This document shows, piece by piece, positions 24,893 to 39,139 of a DNA stretch of 64,000 nucleotides; position 1 is the first letter of the stretch; the number at the start of each line of letters is the position of its first letter. The stretch comes from Octopus vulgaris. Its lineage: Eukaryota. Location of the stretch: positions 17,980,001 through 18,044,000 of the forward strand of contig OX597834.1 in NCBI GenBank assembly GCA_951406725.2. Reading direction: 5' to 3'. The position numbers were made by a program, and so were the translations under genes. Under the pieces are notes generated by a model. It was not told the origin of the DNA. It made no database searches and worked only from the letters and a program-made list of their open reading frames with translations.

Positions 24893-25620
24893 CATACATA
24901 CATATACATACATATACATACACATATATACACATATATATACATATATACACATACATATATACACATACATATATACACATACATATATATATATATA
25001 CATATATATACACATATATATATATATACACATATATATATACATATATATATATACACATATATACACACATATATATACACATATATATACATATACA
25101 TACATACATAAATATACATACATATATACACATACATACACATACATATATACACATACATACATATATACACATACATACACATATATACATATACATA
25201 CACATATATACACATACATATATATACATATATACAGATATATATACATATATACACACATATATATACATATATACAGATATATATACATATATACACA
25301 CATATATATACATATATACACATATATATATATATACGTATATACACATACATATACATATATACACATACATATATACACATACATATATACACATACA
25401 TATATATATATACATATATACACATATATACATATATACACATACATAAATATACATACATATATACACATACATATATACACATACATACACATACATA
25501 TATACACATACACAGATATATATACATATATACACATACATATATATACATATATACACATATATACACAAACATATTTATACATACATATATATATATA
25601 CTCTCACACACACACACACA
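24829..25620. repeat. ~800-bp (TA)/(CATA)/(TACA) compound microsatellite
   Basis: Direct inspection; source of the long Y/I/H/T/M/C/V ORFs. Confidence 0.95.
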
Positions 25621-26684
25621 TTATATGGACACAGAAAGAGAAACATCGCACTTCCAACAAAGCACTGAACACTTCTATGGTTTTGTACCAGAACAATTGC
25701 ACACATATATATACACACACACACACATACACATGTGTGTGTATGCGTATATATATATGTACGTGTTATGTAAGAAGCAAGTCTGTGAACAATGGAACTG
25801 GTGGTTATTAGTTTTCCCAACTGACCCACCATTCTTCATTACATTTGCTCTTGTCACCATTTATTGTTATTCCTTTAGAATGATTCCAATATTCAAAATG
25901 TAATATTCAGTTTGTGTCACTTATTAAGTTTGCTATACAGGTTTATTGTTCATTCTGTTTTATTGTTATTTTGTTTTGTGCTTTATTTGCTTTGTTTGGG
26001 TTTTTTTTGTAATTTTATGTATGCTAAAAAAAAAAATTTGTCAGAAAGAAAAATAGTAAAATATTCCCAATGGTAGGAGAGACAGGGGAGTGCCAGTACA
26101 AGCGGTAAAGTATCTTTTATTCGATTCAGTAACCTTTTTTTTTCTTCTTACCAATGTACATATATACATGCCAGAATTTGCATGTATATATGAGCAGATG
26201 TGTGAAGCAGTGATGCCAATTTGAGACTAGTCCAACAGAGAGTGCTCTGAGCTGACTATTGTGTTTTTACAACTTTGACAACTTTTCCTCCATGTCAAAC
26301 CGCAGTGAAAAGCCTTTACAGGTGCAAATATCTCTCAAACATATTTGAACTTCTTAAAGTTTATATACATACAGTGAGAAAGAGATGCATGATCAGCCAA
26401 GGACAACAAATGGGAAGTCACTCACACACATGTACATACAAATATGTGAATACATACATGCATGGATAGATGCTTACATGCATGTATGTATGTATATACA
26501 TATGTACCTATTTGGGGGGGGGGGGTGTTTGTTAGTGTCTTTGTATTTGCTGGCCTAGTACTCAAATTAGAAACTATTCTCTGATATAAAACTCAGTATG
26601 TTACGTAGAGAGGACAGATATGTTTATTATGTCAAAAATGACAAGCTGGGATGGTCATGCTTCTTTCTCAATACATATATAAAC

Positions 26685-26685
26685 T

Positions 26686-26721
<36 letters not shown>

Positions 26722-26975
26722 ATATATGTGTATATATATATATATATTAAATTAGAGATAAAACCACTATTAGGCAAATCAAACAGTGAAAAACATAAGC
26801 CAAAACATAAAAATAAATATAATTAATATAATATACAAAATATATCAAATATATAATTTAAAATTAAATTATTTAAATTTTATAATTTTTAATTTATATT
26901 TATAAATTTTTAAACTTTTAATTTTTTAATATTTATATTTATTTATTTAAAAGTTTATATATATATATAAGTATA
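26685..26975. repeat. (TA)n plus extremely AT-rich low-complexity tract with a short unique core (26747-26810)
   Basis: Direct inspection. Confidence 0.7.
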
Positions 26976-27441
26976 TACAAACATACATACATATATGTAT
27001 ACATGTATATACCCACACATGATGGGCATCTACACGGTTTCCTCCTACCAAATTCACTCATGAGGCATAGGTTAGCCTGGGCCAGAGCAGAAGACACTTG
27101 CTCAAGATACCATGCAGTGAGATTGAACCCAAAACCATGAGATTCTTAACCACACAGCCAAGCAAAAAAAAAAAAAAATTAAAACCAAAAGAGCACAAGG
27201 ATATGGCAGCAACCTGCTGAATACCATATAAACACAAAATTCTTCTTGTAACTTTTATGTAAAAGAATTATGTGATTAGGGGATTAAAGAGATTACTACA
27301 ATATATCTATGTGATTTTCACTGCTCTTCAGCTCCAGATCAGCCCCAATTGTCCCATGATCAAATACAATCCAGCATGACCATCTCGTACTGACACTAAA
27401 CAAAAATGGCAACAGCAACAAATAACAAAATTTTTGTGTAC

Positions 27442-27496
27442 CTGTTGTAGCTCTCAAAGCAACACACCTGACTTAATTGGTCCGTTCCCAAAGCCA
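27442..27496 (-). CDS. Candidate internal coding exon, 55 nt ([V]ALGTDQLSQVCCFESYN[R]), phase 1 in / phase 2 out
   Basis: Acceptor ...ttaattttcgttcaatcgctattttaacAG, donor CAG|GTACAC (weak); only one of three frames is open and it matches the phase of the 58158 exon. Confidence 0.35.
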
Positions 27497-27959
27497 CTGT
27501 TAAAATAGCGATTGAACGAAAATTAATTTGATAATCTATAAGATATAATCTATTACACAACATTGAAAACTAATTAGTGACTTGTTGCTAAGATATGTTA
27601 ACGTCAGGAATTGACAAATCAGGTCTTCAATTTTTCTCATTTAAAAATCAAGATAGAAAAGAGGAAAACCAATTAACAAATATGTATGAAATTAATTTGC
27701 CAAGTTACCTAATTAACATACGGAGAGGATACATGTTTTGTTTTGTTAATGACATGAATAAACGATAAATTGAATACAAATGAAGCTAGAGGAATCACAA
27801 AATTTATAAAATCAACTCATTGAGACACCAAACTCCCACCACCTATACTGAAGTATTCAAAGTTAAATACAAATCTAGGAATGAAATCTTATTATCACTT
27901 GAGAGATATTAGATTTCAATAGATAGACATTTGGTCTTTTATGATGAAGTTGAAGGAAA

Positions 27960-28805
27960 GTGGGGAGCTGGAAGAATCGTTAGCATGCTGGAGAAAAAGC
28001 ATTGCGGCATTTTGTCTGTTTTCACATTCTGACTTCAAACGCCGCTAGGGTTGACTGTGCCTCTCATCCTTTTGGGATCAATAAGTACCAGTTGAATACT
28101 GGGGTTGATGTAATTGACTTAACCCCCCACCTTCCCTGGAATTGCTGGCCTTGTGCCAAAATTTGAAACCATTATTACTTGGAAGATAAAGGTGGCAAGC
28201 TGGTAGAATTGTTAGCACGCTGGGCGAAATGCTAAGCGGTATTTCGTCTGTCACTATGTTCTGAGTTCAAATTCCACCAAGGTCAACTCTGACTTTCATC
28301 CTTTCGGGGGTCAATAAATTAAGTACCAGTTGCATACTGGGATTGATCTAATTGACTGGTCCCCTCTCCCAAAATTTCAGGCCTTGTGCCTAGAGGAGAA
28401 ATGATTTTTATGTGAAAGATATTAGATTTCTTCAGGCTTTATGTTCTGAGTTCAATTTCTGTTAAGGAAAAGCTTTACTTTTCATCCCTTCTGGGTCCAT
28501 AAAATAGGTACCAGTTGATCACTGGGGTTGATGTAATTGGATCTTTCCCTCAAAGTTTCAAACTTTGTGGCTATAACAGAAAGACTTATTAAGTTGAAAG
28601 GAAAGCTGCCAGTTGGCAGAATCATTGGAGCTTTGGATAAAATACCTTGTGGAATTTGTTCTGACTCCTTACATTCTGAGTTCAGTTCCTACCAAGGTCA
28701 GCTTTGGCTTTCATCTTTCCAGGGTCAATAAAACATACTACTACTTAAGTACTGATGTCAATGGTTTTAACTAGCCTGCTTTCCACAAAATTGGTGACCT
28801 TGAAT
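27960..28805 (+). mobile_element. Head-to-tail cluster of four SINE A copies
   Basis: Family A heads and central blocks at ~27960, 28189, 28435, 28600. Confidence 0.8.
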
Positions 28806-29097
28806 CAATCAAGAGTAGGGAGAGTATCCATTTAATCCACTGTGCTCTACTCTAAACTCAAATACTTCCAGACAAGGGTCTGCTTAGTTATATTGATCCC
28901 AATACATAACTGGTACCGTATCTATCAATCCTAGAAGATTTAAAACCAAAGCAGACCTTTATAAGAGTTTAACAAACTTGTGCTAATAATAGAAATCTTT
29001 ATCTTAACTTCTAATAGAAGAGTGAAAAGCAGTATTAGTACCAAATAGCAGCCTGTATAGCTTACTTAATGTGGATACACAGATTGCTAAAACAGCA

Positions 29098-29940
29098 ATA
29101 TTGGTTTCAAATTTTTAACACAAGGTCAGCAATTTAGGGGAAAGGGGTAAATCAATTACATCAATCTTAGTGTTCAACTGATATTTTACTGACCCCCGAG
29201 AGGATGAAAGGTAAAGTCAATCTTGGCAGAATTTGAACTCAGATGGATGAAATGCTGCTAAGCACTTTGCCCAGTGTGCTAATGATTCTGCCATCTCATC
29301 ACTTTATGCTAAAACAGTAATATGGAGTTTAATTTGGCTGCATTCTGAATTGGAAACATAACAGGTTAAAATTTGCTTTTCATCCTTCTAGTGGTGGTGG
29401 CAGTGAGTGGCAGGAGGGGTGGAAGCTGCAACAGCTGTAATAATGGGGGGGGGTAGAAACAGTAGTGGTGGGGAAGTGGCAACGGTGGTGGTGGTCAGGG
29501 ATCAATAAATTTAGTAGCAACTCATCATATACAGAACTGATTGAATTGAGAATGGCAAAAATCGTTAGTGAGTCAGAAAAAAATGCATTACAATAATTAG
29601 ATATGCCTCTTTATATCACAAGTTCAAATTCCACTGAGGGTAATGTTTTCTGTCATCTTTCTGGGGTGATGACTGATAAAATATCAGTCAAGCAAAGGGA
29701 TCCATTATTTGTTTCATATTCCTAGAATGCACCAAAAAGGTGAAAGTAATAATGGTTTCAAACTTTGACTTAGGGCCAGCAGTTTTTGAGGTAGGGGCAG
29801 TTGATTACATTGACTGGTACTTATTTTATTGACCCTGAAATGATGAAAGGTAAAGTTGATCTCAGAAAGTAAAGAGAGATAAAATGCCACTAAGCATTCT
29901 ATTCGGTGTGCTAATTGTTCTGCCAGCTCGGTGCCTTAAG
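29098..29940. mobile_element. Three decayed SINE A copies, mixed orientation
   Basis: Family A motifs. Confidence 0.65.
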
Positions 29941-30156
29941 ATGTGAAGGTAATAATAATAGATAACAAGCCTTGGTCATCATCATCATCCTTTTAACATC
30001 TACTTTTCCATGCTTACATGGGCGAAATTGGACACTTTCAGGTAGATTTTCTATGGCTGGATGCCCTTCCTGTCACCACTCCTCAATTGTTCCCTGTAAC
30101 TTGACATATTTCCAGGGAAAACTAGAAATGAATAGCACTGTATGTACGATGCAGAT

Positions 30157-30381
30157 ACTCTCTTTTACTCTTTTACTTGTTTCAGTCATTTGACTGTGGC
30201 CATACTGGAGCACCGCTTTTAATCGAGCAACTCGACCCCGGGACTTATTCTTTGTAAGCCCAGTACTTATTTTATCTGTCTCTTTTGCCGAACCTCTAAG
30301 TGACGGGGACATAAACACACCAGCATCGGTTGTCAAGCAACGCTAGGGGGACAAACACAGACACACAAACACACACATGCA

Positions 30382-30428
<47 letters not shown>

Positions 30429-30592
30429 GACGGGCTTCTTTCAGTTTCCCTCCACCAAATCCACTCACAAGGCTTTGGTCGGCCCGAGGCTATAGTAGAA
30501 GACACTTGCCCAAGGTGCCACGCAGTGGGACTGAACCTAGAACAATGTGGTTGGTAAACAAGCTACTTACCACACAGCCACCCCTGTGCCTC
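30157..30592 (-). mobile_element. SINE family B, full length
   Basis: Reverse complement of the 3212-3627 type. Confidence 0.9.
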
Positions 30593-31854
30593 ATTTACAA
30601 TATTCCAGAATGTTAAGACTAGGACATGTACACACACACACACACAAGCTTCTTTCAGTTTCTACCTACCAAATCCACTTAAAAGGCTTTGGCCAACCAG
30701 GGCTGCAGTAGAAGGTGTCACACTGTGGGATTGAACCAGAAACCAAATGGTTGAGAAGCAACTATACAGCCATGTCTGCACCTATCTATAGCTGTGCCTT
30801 TGTGCAAATGTAAAATAAAGCAGAAACCAGTTATAGATTTCCAAGCTCCCAACAGTCATAAACTCTCTTTCCATGCCTTTATTTACATTCAATCAACTGT
30901 ACCATTGAGAATTTGTCTTTACCAAGGACAAAATAAAATGCTGATGGTTAAACATTAATGTTCGTTTTGATTGATCGAGTGTCTGCTCTGGTATCCCAGA
31001 GTCCAGTTTTATTCATGATTATTAAGTAAAATGTATAAATAGTGTCTATTATTTAGCAAGATATTTAGATATTGTATTTACATGTCTACATGACCCAGCT
31101 CTATTCAACATGTATGCTGTTGGACAAGTTAGAGGGGAGAAACAAACAAAAAAATCAGATAAGGAATAGAAATAGGTCCATAGCCACATAATTTCAAGTC
31201 AGCATTGACTATAAAAGTCTGTAGTATAAAAAAAAAAGACATTCAAAATACATGTAAGAGGAAAAATTCTCTTTGTTTTCATTCAATAGAATTTTTTGGT
31301 GAACATTTAGTCAAATATTTGTTCTGATTGCATAACAGAATGGGAAAGTAGACTTTGAACACAGCTAGATCTACCTTGTTATTATAGTATCAGTTCAGTA
31401 AACTCTTAACTGTCTCTTGTTGATCTTAATTACATCAAAGTGGTGGTAGATGTTATCTAACCACCAACTGGTTGAGCAAACCAAATTACTCCAACCATGA
31501 CAATCTCATCTGTTTATATTAAAACCACATTGCTTGAAGTGTGCTTTGTTTCCTAAAGCAGTAAAGAGTTGTTTGATAAAGATTTAGCTTTTATATCAAG
31601 GAGATTGAAAAACAATACAGAGGCTTTCTTTTTAGCATATAACCAAACAGTTTTATTATGCGATGTGATTTTTCTGAGGCAGTCACAGAGATGTTATTCT
31701 TCTTGGGTAAACTAAACTCTTCAGAACATATTTATTTTCAACAAAGACACAAATGAAACTGTTTGACATTTACAATTCTTATCCTCAACACTGAATATCG
31801 ATAAACAAAAATCAAAACCAGCTTCCATGTATGCACAGGTCGGTCAGTCGGTCG

Positions 31855-31900
<46 letters not shown>

Positions 31901-31904
<4 letters not shown>

Positions 31905-32018
31905 TAAAACTAAAGCAGAGAACTTGTCTTGTGATTCAAGTTTCATGTCACTGCCTGAAGATAACAACAGCATGAAACTTGAGCTGCAAGACAAGCTCTC
32001 AGTTTCGGTTTTAAATTT
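31901..32018. repeat. Foldback hairpin (~47-bp imperfect arms) abutting (TA)n, with ctgaaga in the loop
   Basis: aaattaaaactaaagcagagaacttgtcttgtgattcaagtttcatg vs catgaaacttgagctgcaagacaagctctcagtttcggttttaaattt. Confidence 0.75.
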
Positions 32019-32682
32019 TTAAAAAATCATATCCTCTACATGTATTGAGCACTCCTTTCTCTCTTATCTAACATTATATGTATAAACCAAACCACATCAA
32101 AGCACACAAAACTTATAAAAGTAAGAAATGACAAATTAGCCAGTGAGAACCTGTGAGAAAGTTAACCATTTGAAGAAATTGTTTCTCCTCAACCATAAGT
32201 ACCCTTCAGTCTAAGTGATAACAGATGGCAGGGCATTCAAGCCACCAGACTGTGGCATCTGTTGGAGAGAGAAAGAGAGAGATACAGATAGAGTGTGTGT
32301 GTGTGTGTGTTTGTGTGTACATCCGATGAGGCCAACTGGTTGACTCAGCTGATTACCCTACTAACAGGATTTCCCACCTTGATACTGATATTATAATTTA
32401 GACTCAGGATATACCTGACCCCACAAACCTATAATCAAAGATATTCCAATAGTGGCCATCCATACTTATTGTTTTTAGATTGTGTGTATATGTAGAACCT
32501 CATTATCCAAAATGAAATTTTTTTTAAAGACAATAGCATCTGATTGGAAGGAAATTTGGCTGCTGTTTATTTCTAACAAGTCAACTGACCATAAAGGAAC
32601 TAATTCATTGGCTCAATTTTCTCACCATCTGGTTAGCTGCTATTTGTCCATTCATTGTACTTTTTGTGCAATATGTCTTCAA

Positions 32683-33000
32683 ATCATCATCATCATCATC
32701 ATCATCATTTAACGTCCGCTTTCCATGCTAGCATAGGTTGGACAATTTGACTGAGGTCTGGCAAACCAGGCTCCAATCTGATCTGGCAGAGTTTCTACAG
32801 CTGGATGCCCTTCCTAATGCCAATCACTCTAAGAGTGTAGTGGGTGCTTTTACGTGCCACCGGCCATACCCAAATGGTGCTTTTTATGTGCCACCTGCAC
32901 AGGAGCCAGTACAGCAGCACTGGCGATGACCTCACTCGAATGTTTCACGTGCCACCAGCACAAGTGCTAGTAAGGTGACGTGGTAACGATCACGATCGGC
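32683..33000 (-). mobile_element. Repeat family C copy
   Basis: (CAT)n then tttaacgtccgctttccatgctagc. Confidence 0.85.
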
Positions 33001-33940
33001 ATGAAGGCCACGCCTCATCAGAAATAAAAAAAAAACTGATGTGGTTATTTTGTTCAGATTATTTATTCACACACAGGTGTGGCTATTGGACACATGACTG
33101 CATGGTAAGAAGTTTGATTCCAAAGTAGAAGCATCTAGGGCAAGTGTCTTCTACTCTAACTCTGGACTAAGCAAAGCCTTGTGAATAGATTTGGTAGACA
33201 GAAAGTGAAAGAAGCCTATTGTGCACATGTGTGTGTGAGAGAGAGAGAGACTCCTTGCCTTGACATCATAAGATAGTTGTAAATGAATGTCACTGTCATG
33301 CAAACAGAAACAGGTCATAGGAAATATTACCATACATGGAAACAGGTGAGGATGGAGGAGAGGAAGAGCACCCAATTGTAGAAAACCTACCTTGACAAAT
33401 TTCATCCAACTCATGCCAGCCTGGAAAAATGAATGTTAAATGATGATGACAATGATGATGAGGGTGATGATGATGATGATGACAATCACACAAACATTGT
33501 TCAGTATTCATTTGTTTCATTGCTAACATCTGTTTTTTGCACGTCAGTGTGTCTTAGATGGGAGGAAATTAAGACAGGATTGCTGTCAGCAGGAAATTGT
33601 GAAGACAGAAATTAATTAGAAACCAGATAGGTAGGCTTCACTGGTAATTCAAAGAACCAGCTTTGTGACAGACTAAGCCACACAGATTCTACCTGAGAAT
33701 TACGATGCAGGTGCCTGAAGAATATTCCACCACATATATTTGAATTTATGTGTGGGTCGTATAGCTCTGTTAATCAAGCAACTAGAACACACATTGTCGA
33801 AATCAGTGTTGATCCGTATGTGCAACAAACAAGTAGCAACTGCTGTAGCATGGCCTTAACACATTGCCTACCAAACTTACTTTGTGCTATATTTTCTTTT
33901 GCATTGAAGACTGCAGATGAGCAGAAGCAATAAACATTAA

Positions 33941-34161
33941 CCCTTTAGCATTCAAACCAGCCATATCTGGCCAAAATATCCTTCCTATTTTATCTTCAAA
34001 GTGGCTAAATCTGGTCTCTCCCACCTACCCTACAATGTTAGTCTAAAAAATATACAGACATATAATTGAAATCTCAAAGCTATAAGATAATGCATGGTTA
34101 ATTCAAAGCAATGTGAATAAATAAGTATTCCATTTGATAAAGTAATCTGAACACTAAAGGG
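33941..34161 (-). mobile_element. piggyBac-type MITE (family E2)
   Basis: TTAA both sides; TIR ccctttag / ctaaaggg. Confidence 0.85.
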
Positions 34162-34247
34162 TTAAACATAATATCTTGTATTTTGTTACCATATATGGTA
34201 GTTTATAGGATCAAACCTGACCACCTCTAAACAAGGATTCATCTTAA

Positions 34248-34834
34248 CCTTTTTGCATTCAGCTTTGTCAAATCTGTTGCTTATCTCTCTATATATAAAC
34301 GGCAGTTTGTCTGTGTGTGTTTCTGTGTGTCTGTTAGGTTGTACCCTCACCCTGACCACGGCTTTCAACCGATTCTGATGAAACTTGACACACACATAGC
34401 CCAATGTCATAATTCAAAACTAACGCAGCGAAAATTTTGAAAAGTTCCCCTAGTTCTGAAAAAAAATCGATAAATTCGACATGGAGTCGAGAATCAGAAA
34501 CACAAACCACAGACAGTCTAGGGGACGCAACTCGACCTTTTTAACAAAAAAAAATTTACCATCATTTTTTTTCCATTTTTTGGCTATAACTCTCTAAAAA
34601 TGCTTTATAGTTATTTCCCTTACAAACCCGAGCAACGCCGGGCGATACTGCTAGTTTATTCATATTGCTTTGAATTTATCCAGCATTAGCTTGTAGCTTT
34701 GAGATTTCGATGATGTGATTGTTTATTTTTATAATGACATTGTAGTGTAGGTGTGAGAAGCTTGATCTGGTCAGTTTGAACATAAAAAAGACAGAATATT
34801 TTGGCCAGATATGGCCAGTTTCAATGCAAAAGGG
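34248..34834 (+). mobile_element. piggyBac-type MITE (E2) interrupted by a Helitron
   Basis: TTAA at 34244-34247 and 34835-34838; the halves rejoin to the E2 sequence tgctta|tttattca. Confidence 0.8.
34284..34654 (+). mobile_element. Non-autonomous Helitron (371 bp)
   Basis: 5' TC (tctctctatatataaac), subterminal hairpin cccgagcaacgccggg (34627-34642), 3' CTAG, inserted between A and T without TSD. Confidence 0.9.
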
Positions 34835-34838
34835 TTAA

Positions 34839-35062
34839 CCCTTTTGATACAAACCCACCTGAAACCACTCCTAGATCTAGCATACAAATTCCATTCTAAA
34901 GCAACCTAAATTATAAAACTTCCATTAAAATATCAGCTCAGTTTATCTTCCAAACACTAGAGTGATAATTACAAAACCATTTTACTAAATTCTTCTTCTT
35001 TATTTCCAAAATTAATTAACATGAAGGCAGTGTATATCAACAGAAATATGACAACAATAGAG
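34839..35062 (+). mobile_element. Decayed piggyBac-type MITE (E1) sharing a TTAA with the preceding E2
   Basis: agggTTAAccctttt junction; ends agagTTAA. Confidence 0.7.
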
Positions 35063-35134
35063 TTAAACACCTGTTGTCTTGAAGCAAGACATAATTTACA
35101 AATCTAAGAAAACACGGTTTTTTTTATATACTTG

Positions 35135-35175
<41 letters not shown>

Positions 35176-35265
35176 TATAATATCATCTATATTGTAAGTA
35201 AATCCATTTCAAGTGAATAGTAAAATTATATTTGGCACCACATTAGTTCATACAAAATAAGTTAA

Positions 35266-35485
35266 CCCTTTTGTTACCATATTTCTGTTGAGATGCTCTG
35301 TGTTTCAAAGAAGTTAGTAAAACAAAGAATTTAGAAAAATAACTTAGTTATCATTAAGCTAGTGTTAGGAACATAAACTGTGATTAAGAAAGATTAGGTG
35401 GAAGATTGTAATTTAGAATTTTTGAAAACAAGACATTTGTACTACAGAGCCAAAGGTGTTTTCAGCTGGGTTGGTGTCAAAAGGG
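35266..35485 (-). mobile_element. piggyBac-type MITE (E1)
   Basis: TTAA both sides; reverse complement of 6446-6666. Confidence 0.85.
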
Positions 35486-35677
35486 TTAAGCGATGTTACT
35501 AATATTCATATTATGCCAGCTGGGCACATTTCATGCATTTTATGGCAGGTAATTGACAGAGATTTGCCATGGTTTGAAATGAATTGGCCTAAAGTTTAAT
35601 AAGCAAAACTGTTATTGTCAATTTTTTTACAGCCTAGACACAGTAATTCATTCCACTGACTTTAGAAAGAAAGAATG

Positions 35678-36127
35678 TAAGGGGCTGCTGAAAAGCTCCT
35701 GGCTTTGGGTAAAAGCAAATATAGGAGGATCAGTTAATTATGATTTCATTCAACATATTCCCCTCTCAGATTCACACACTTGTTGCAGCGGTCCTTCAGT
35801 TTTTCTAAGCCCTGAAAAAGAACTTGGAAGGGCGGGTCTCCAATTAGGCCTTTCACTATCCCTTTTTCAGCACTTCTTATGTATATACACACACACACAC
35901 ACACATATACCCAAGGGGCTGCTGAAAAGTTCCTAGATTTGGATAAAAGAAAATACAAGAGGATCAGTTACTTATGATTTTATTCAACATAATCCCCTCT
36001 CAGATTCACACAGAAATTGCAGTGGACCTTCAGTTTTTCCTACCCTGTAAAAGAACTTAGAACTTTGGGCCTGTAACCGGGCCTTTTGTGATACCCTTAA
36101 AGCCAGGAACTTTTCAGCACCCCCTCG
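35678..36127 (-). mobile_element. Two tandem mariner-derived non-autonomous elements (~35678-35878, ~35912-36127)
   Basis: TIR ggggctgctgaaaagttcct / aggaacttttcagcaccccctcg-TA; retains the mariner transposase C-terminus FQGLEKLKDRCNKCVNLRGEYVE*. Confidence 0.85.
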
Positions 36128-36476
36128 TACATAATCTTAGATTCAAAATGGATGAGGTAAAACAGGATATTCACAAATGGAATCTTTTGATCACAGATCT
36201 GCTTTAGTGGGGCCAGTGAGGGGCTAATCAACAAAAAGATCAAACACACACACACACACTCACACATTTGAGGTAGTTGTTAGGAAAGAATGGAGTGAAA
36301 CACGAGTGAAGCACAGGCATGGCCCTGTGTGGTTAAGAAGTTCACTTCTCAACCATGTGGTTTTGGGATCAGTCCCACTGCATGGCACTCTTAGTGTCTT
36401 CTACTATAGCCTCAGGCTGACCACCAAAGCCTTGTGGGTGGATCTGGTAGACAGAAACTGGTAGAAGCACATCGTC

Positions 36477-36510
<34 letters not shown>

Positions 36511-36519
36511 TAAAGAGAA

Positions 36520-36567
36520 AGACAGACAGATAGATAGATGGATGGATATCTAAGCATATGTTTTTAG

Positions 36568-36609
<42 letters not shown>

Positions 36610-36620
36610 ACAGACAGACG

Positions 36621-36693
<73 letters not shown>
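36520..36693. repeat. (GATA)n/(GACA)n microsatellite
   Basis: Direct inspection. Confidence 0.95.
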
Positions 36694-36694
<1 letters not shown>

Positions 36695-38269
36695 ATGCTA
36701 CAATAACTGGCACTCTACATTAAGTTATTCAGATTTCATAGGCTGGACACAAAGTGCAGTACAGGTGATTTGTTTTTCAGAATTTATAGGTAAGTGTGTA
36801 AGAAGTCCAATTGGGGACAGTTGACAGAAAAGAAAAGAAAAGAGAGAAAATCGTGCATTTCTTGATAGTCTTCAAAAGAAGAGGTTATTAGCACTTGATA
36901 TGTTTGTTGACCTTTGGAATTAAACTGAGGACTGATGATAAATTGTGAGGTTGCATAGTACATGATCAGGAATTGATATTCATTCTGGTTATCTGCATTT
37001 CTGCATAATTTTGAAGTGATGAGTATCATAAGTGTGTTGTTTTCTTGTTAATATCAGAGACACTATAGAGCTAATATATTGAAGGCAAAGAAAGTGCTTG
37101 GTAATGAATCAAAATTAATTAAATAATTATGTGATTATAGACATCAGGTAACAACAGTAACGATGATAATGAAGACTGTAAAGGTTGTGTGTATAATAAT
37201 TGGTGCATAGGGAACTGTAAGCACAATTATAGACAAATAGTTGCTTATGTGGTCGTAAAGTCTGAAAGTTGAGGAAGAGAGCAGTCGAGTATATCGACTC
37301 AAATATTTAACTAGTACTTTATTTTATTGGACCCAGAAAGAGAAAAGGCAAAGTCAACCTCAGCAGCATTTGAACACAGAATGTAAAGAACTGGCAGAAA
37401 TGCTGCCAAGCAGTTTGTCTGGCATGATGAGGATTCTGTTAGCTCACTGCCCTCCACTGCCTTATAATAAATATTGGTTTCAAATTTTGGCAGAAGGCCA
37501 GCAATTTTCGAGGAGAGGAATAGTCAGTTATATTGACCCCTGTATTCAATTGATACTTTATTTTATCAACCCCAAAAGGATGAAAAGCAAAGCTGACCTT
37601 GACAGAAATTGAACTCAGGACACGAAGATATACTAAATGCCACTAATCATTTTGTCTGGTGTGTTAATGATTCTGCCAGCTTGCCACCTTATAACAAACA
37701 GTAACAAACATTCTAGAGGAGAGGTGAACTGAAATGATTCTAACAGGGCAATCATGGATCACATAATATTCAAGTATTCCACTGCCTGCCTATTGTTGTT
37801 GTTTCTGCTGTTAACACGGCTGTAAACATGTAAACAGCATGATTCTGGGAACAACAAAGTGGTAAATAATAGATAAATAAATAAATACAAAAAGAAAAAT
37901 AAATAAATAGGCAATTTGATTTGAAGTAGAAAAGACACTTGCAGAGTATTTAACAGTGTAACATTTCTCCATGGTGCTTGGTGAATAAAGCAATTTCATT
38001 TTCTGGTAACAGAGACGGTGGTAGTGGTGGTGGTGGTAATAGTAGTAGTAGTAGTAGTGGTGGTGGTGGTGGTGGTGGTGATACCAGTAGTAGTAGTAAT
38101 GGTGACTTTTGTAGAGTGAAACAAACACAATATAAATGAAGGATCTTTTCATTTGTGAAGCCAATTTTTCCAAATTTTTCCTACTGAACCAAACAATTTG
38201 AAACTTCGTATACTGGTAGAATGTGTCAAAAGTAAACTAAATGAATTGAAATGTTAAATAATTCAGCTG

Positions 38270-38271
<2 letters not shown>

Positions 38272-38336
<65 letters not shown>

Positions 38337-38478
38337 TGTGTGTGTGTGTGTGCATACATGTGTGAGTGTGTATACACATGTATATATGTGTATGTGTGTA
38401 TGTATATATATATATATATATATATGTACATATATATGTGTGTATATATATATGTGTATATATATATATGTGTATATA

Positions 38479-38511
<33 letters not shown>

Positions 38512-38520
38512 GTATATACA
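38272..38520. repeat. (TA)/(TG)/(CATA) microsatellite
   Basis: Direct inspection. Confidence 0.95.
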
Positions 38521-39139
38521 TTTCTTTTGTATTGTAAATCAGTTACTATTTCTGTGTTGCCCTCGCTCCCCTCGATGCCCTAAAGTACATGTTTATTTTG
38601 CTTAATGGTTAATCCAGTGCTTTTAATAATACAAAAATAACAAGATATAAGGGAAAATACTGATGAACCACTGGTACATCTGTACTGAAACAACAAATGA
38701 CAATCTATTCCATAATTAACAGTGAATTAAAACAAAATTCCAAATATGATGGAGGTTGTTTGTTTTAAAGATTTGAATTCTCATATTATTTGTAAGACTC
38801 TATTCATTTTGCCATGAACAAATTCAGGTTCACTGCAGCTGAAGAAATCCAAAGATCTGATGCCTTCAGCTCTGTGCAAGGGAAATAAATATATAACTAG
38901 CCTCAGCTTCAAACAGCTGCTCCTGTGAAGAGCAGCCCTGCAGTCTACCGACTTGTCAACGATGTAATAATAAGGAGTAAAAACAGACCAAGCCAGGGGA
39001 AGTGAATTTAGAGTTGTTAAATAACAACAAAATGGTTCATTTTGATTCTCAGCCCAAGCCATAAACTTGGATAAGGACAAGTTTAGCTGCCAGTTATGTA
39101 TTAATAATGATTTCTTTATTATAATAATAATAATAATAA

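Noticed and set aside
24788-25811. Long ORFs of 200-325 aa (also 62921-63646, 38237-38605, 59794-60174)
   Set aside because: Translations of (TA)/(CA)/(GATA) microsatellites, open on both strands; not protein-coding
36781-36789. Plus-strand 9-nt microexon-like pattern tttttcag|AATTTATAG|gtaagt
   Set aside because: No plus-strand host exons found, and the candidate gene is on the minus strand; likely chance
38781-38871. Minus-strand acceptor ttcccttgcacag plus a short open frame
   Set aside because: No good donor before stops; no recognisable peptide
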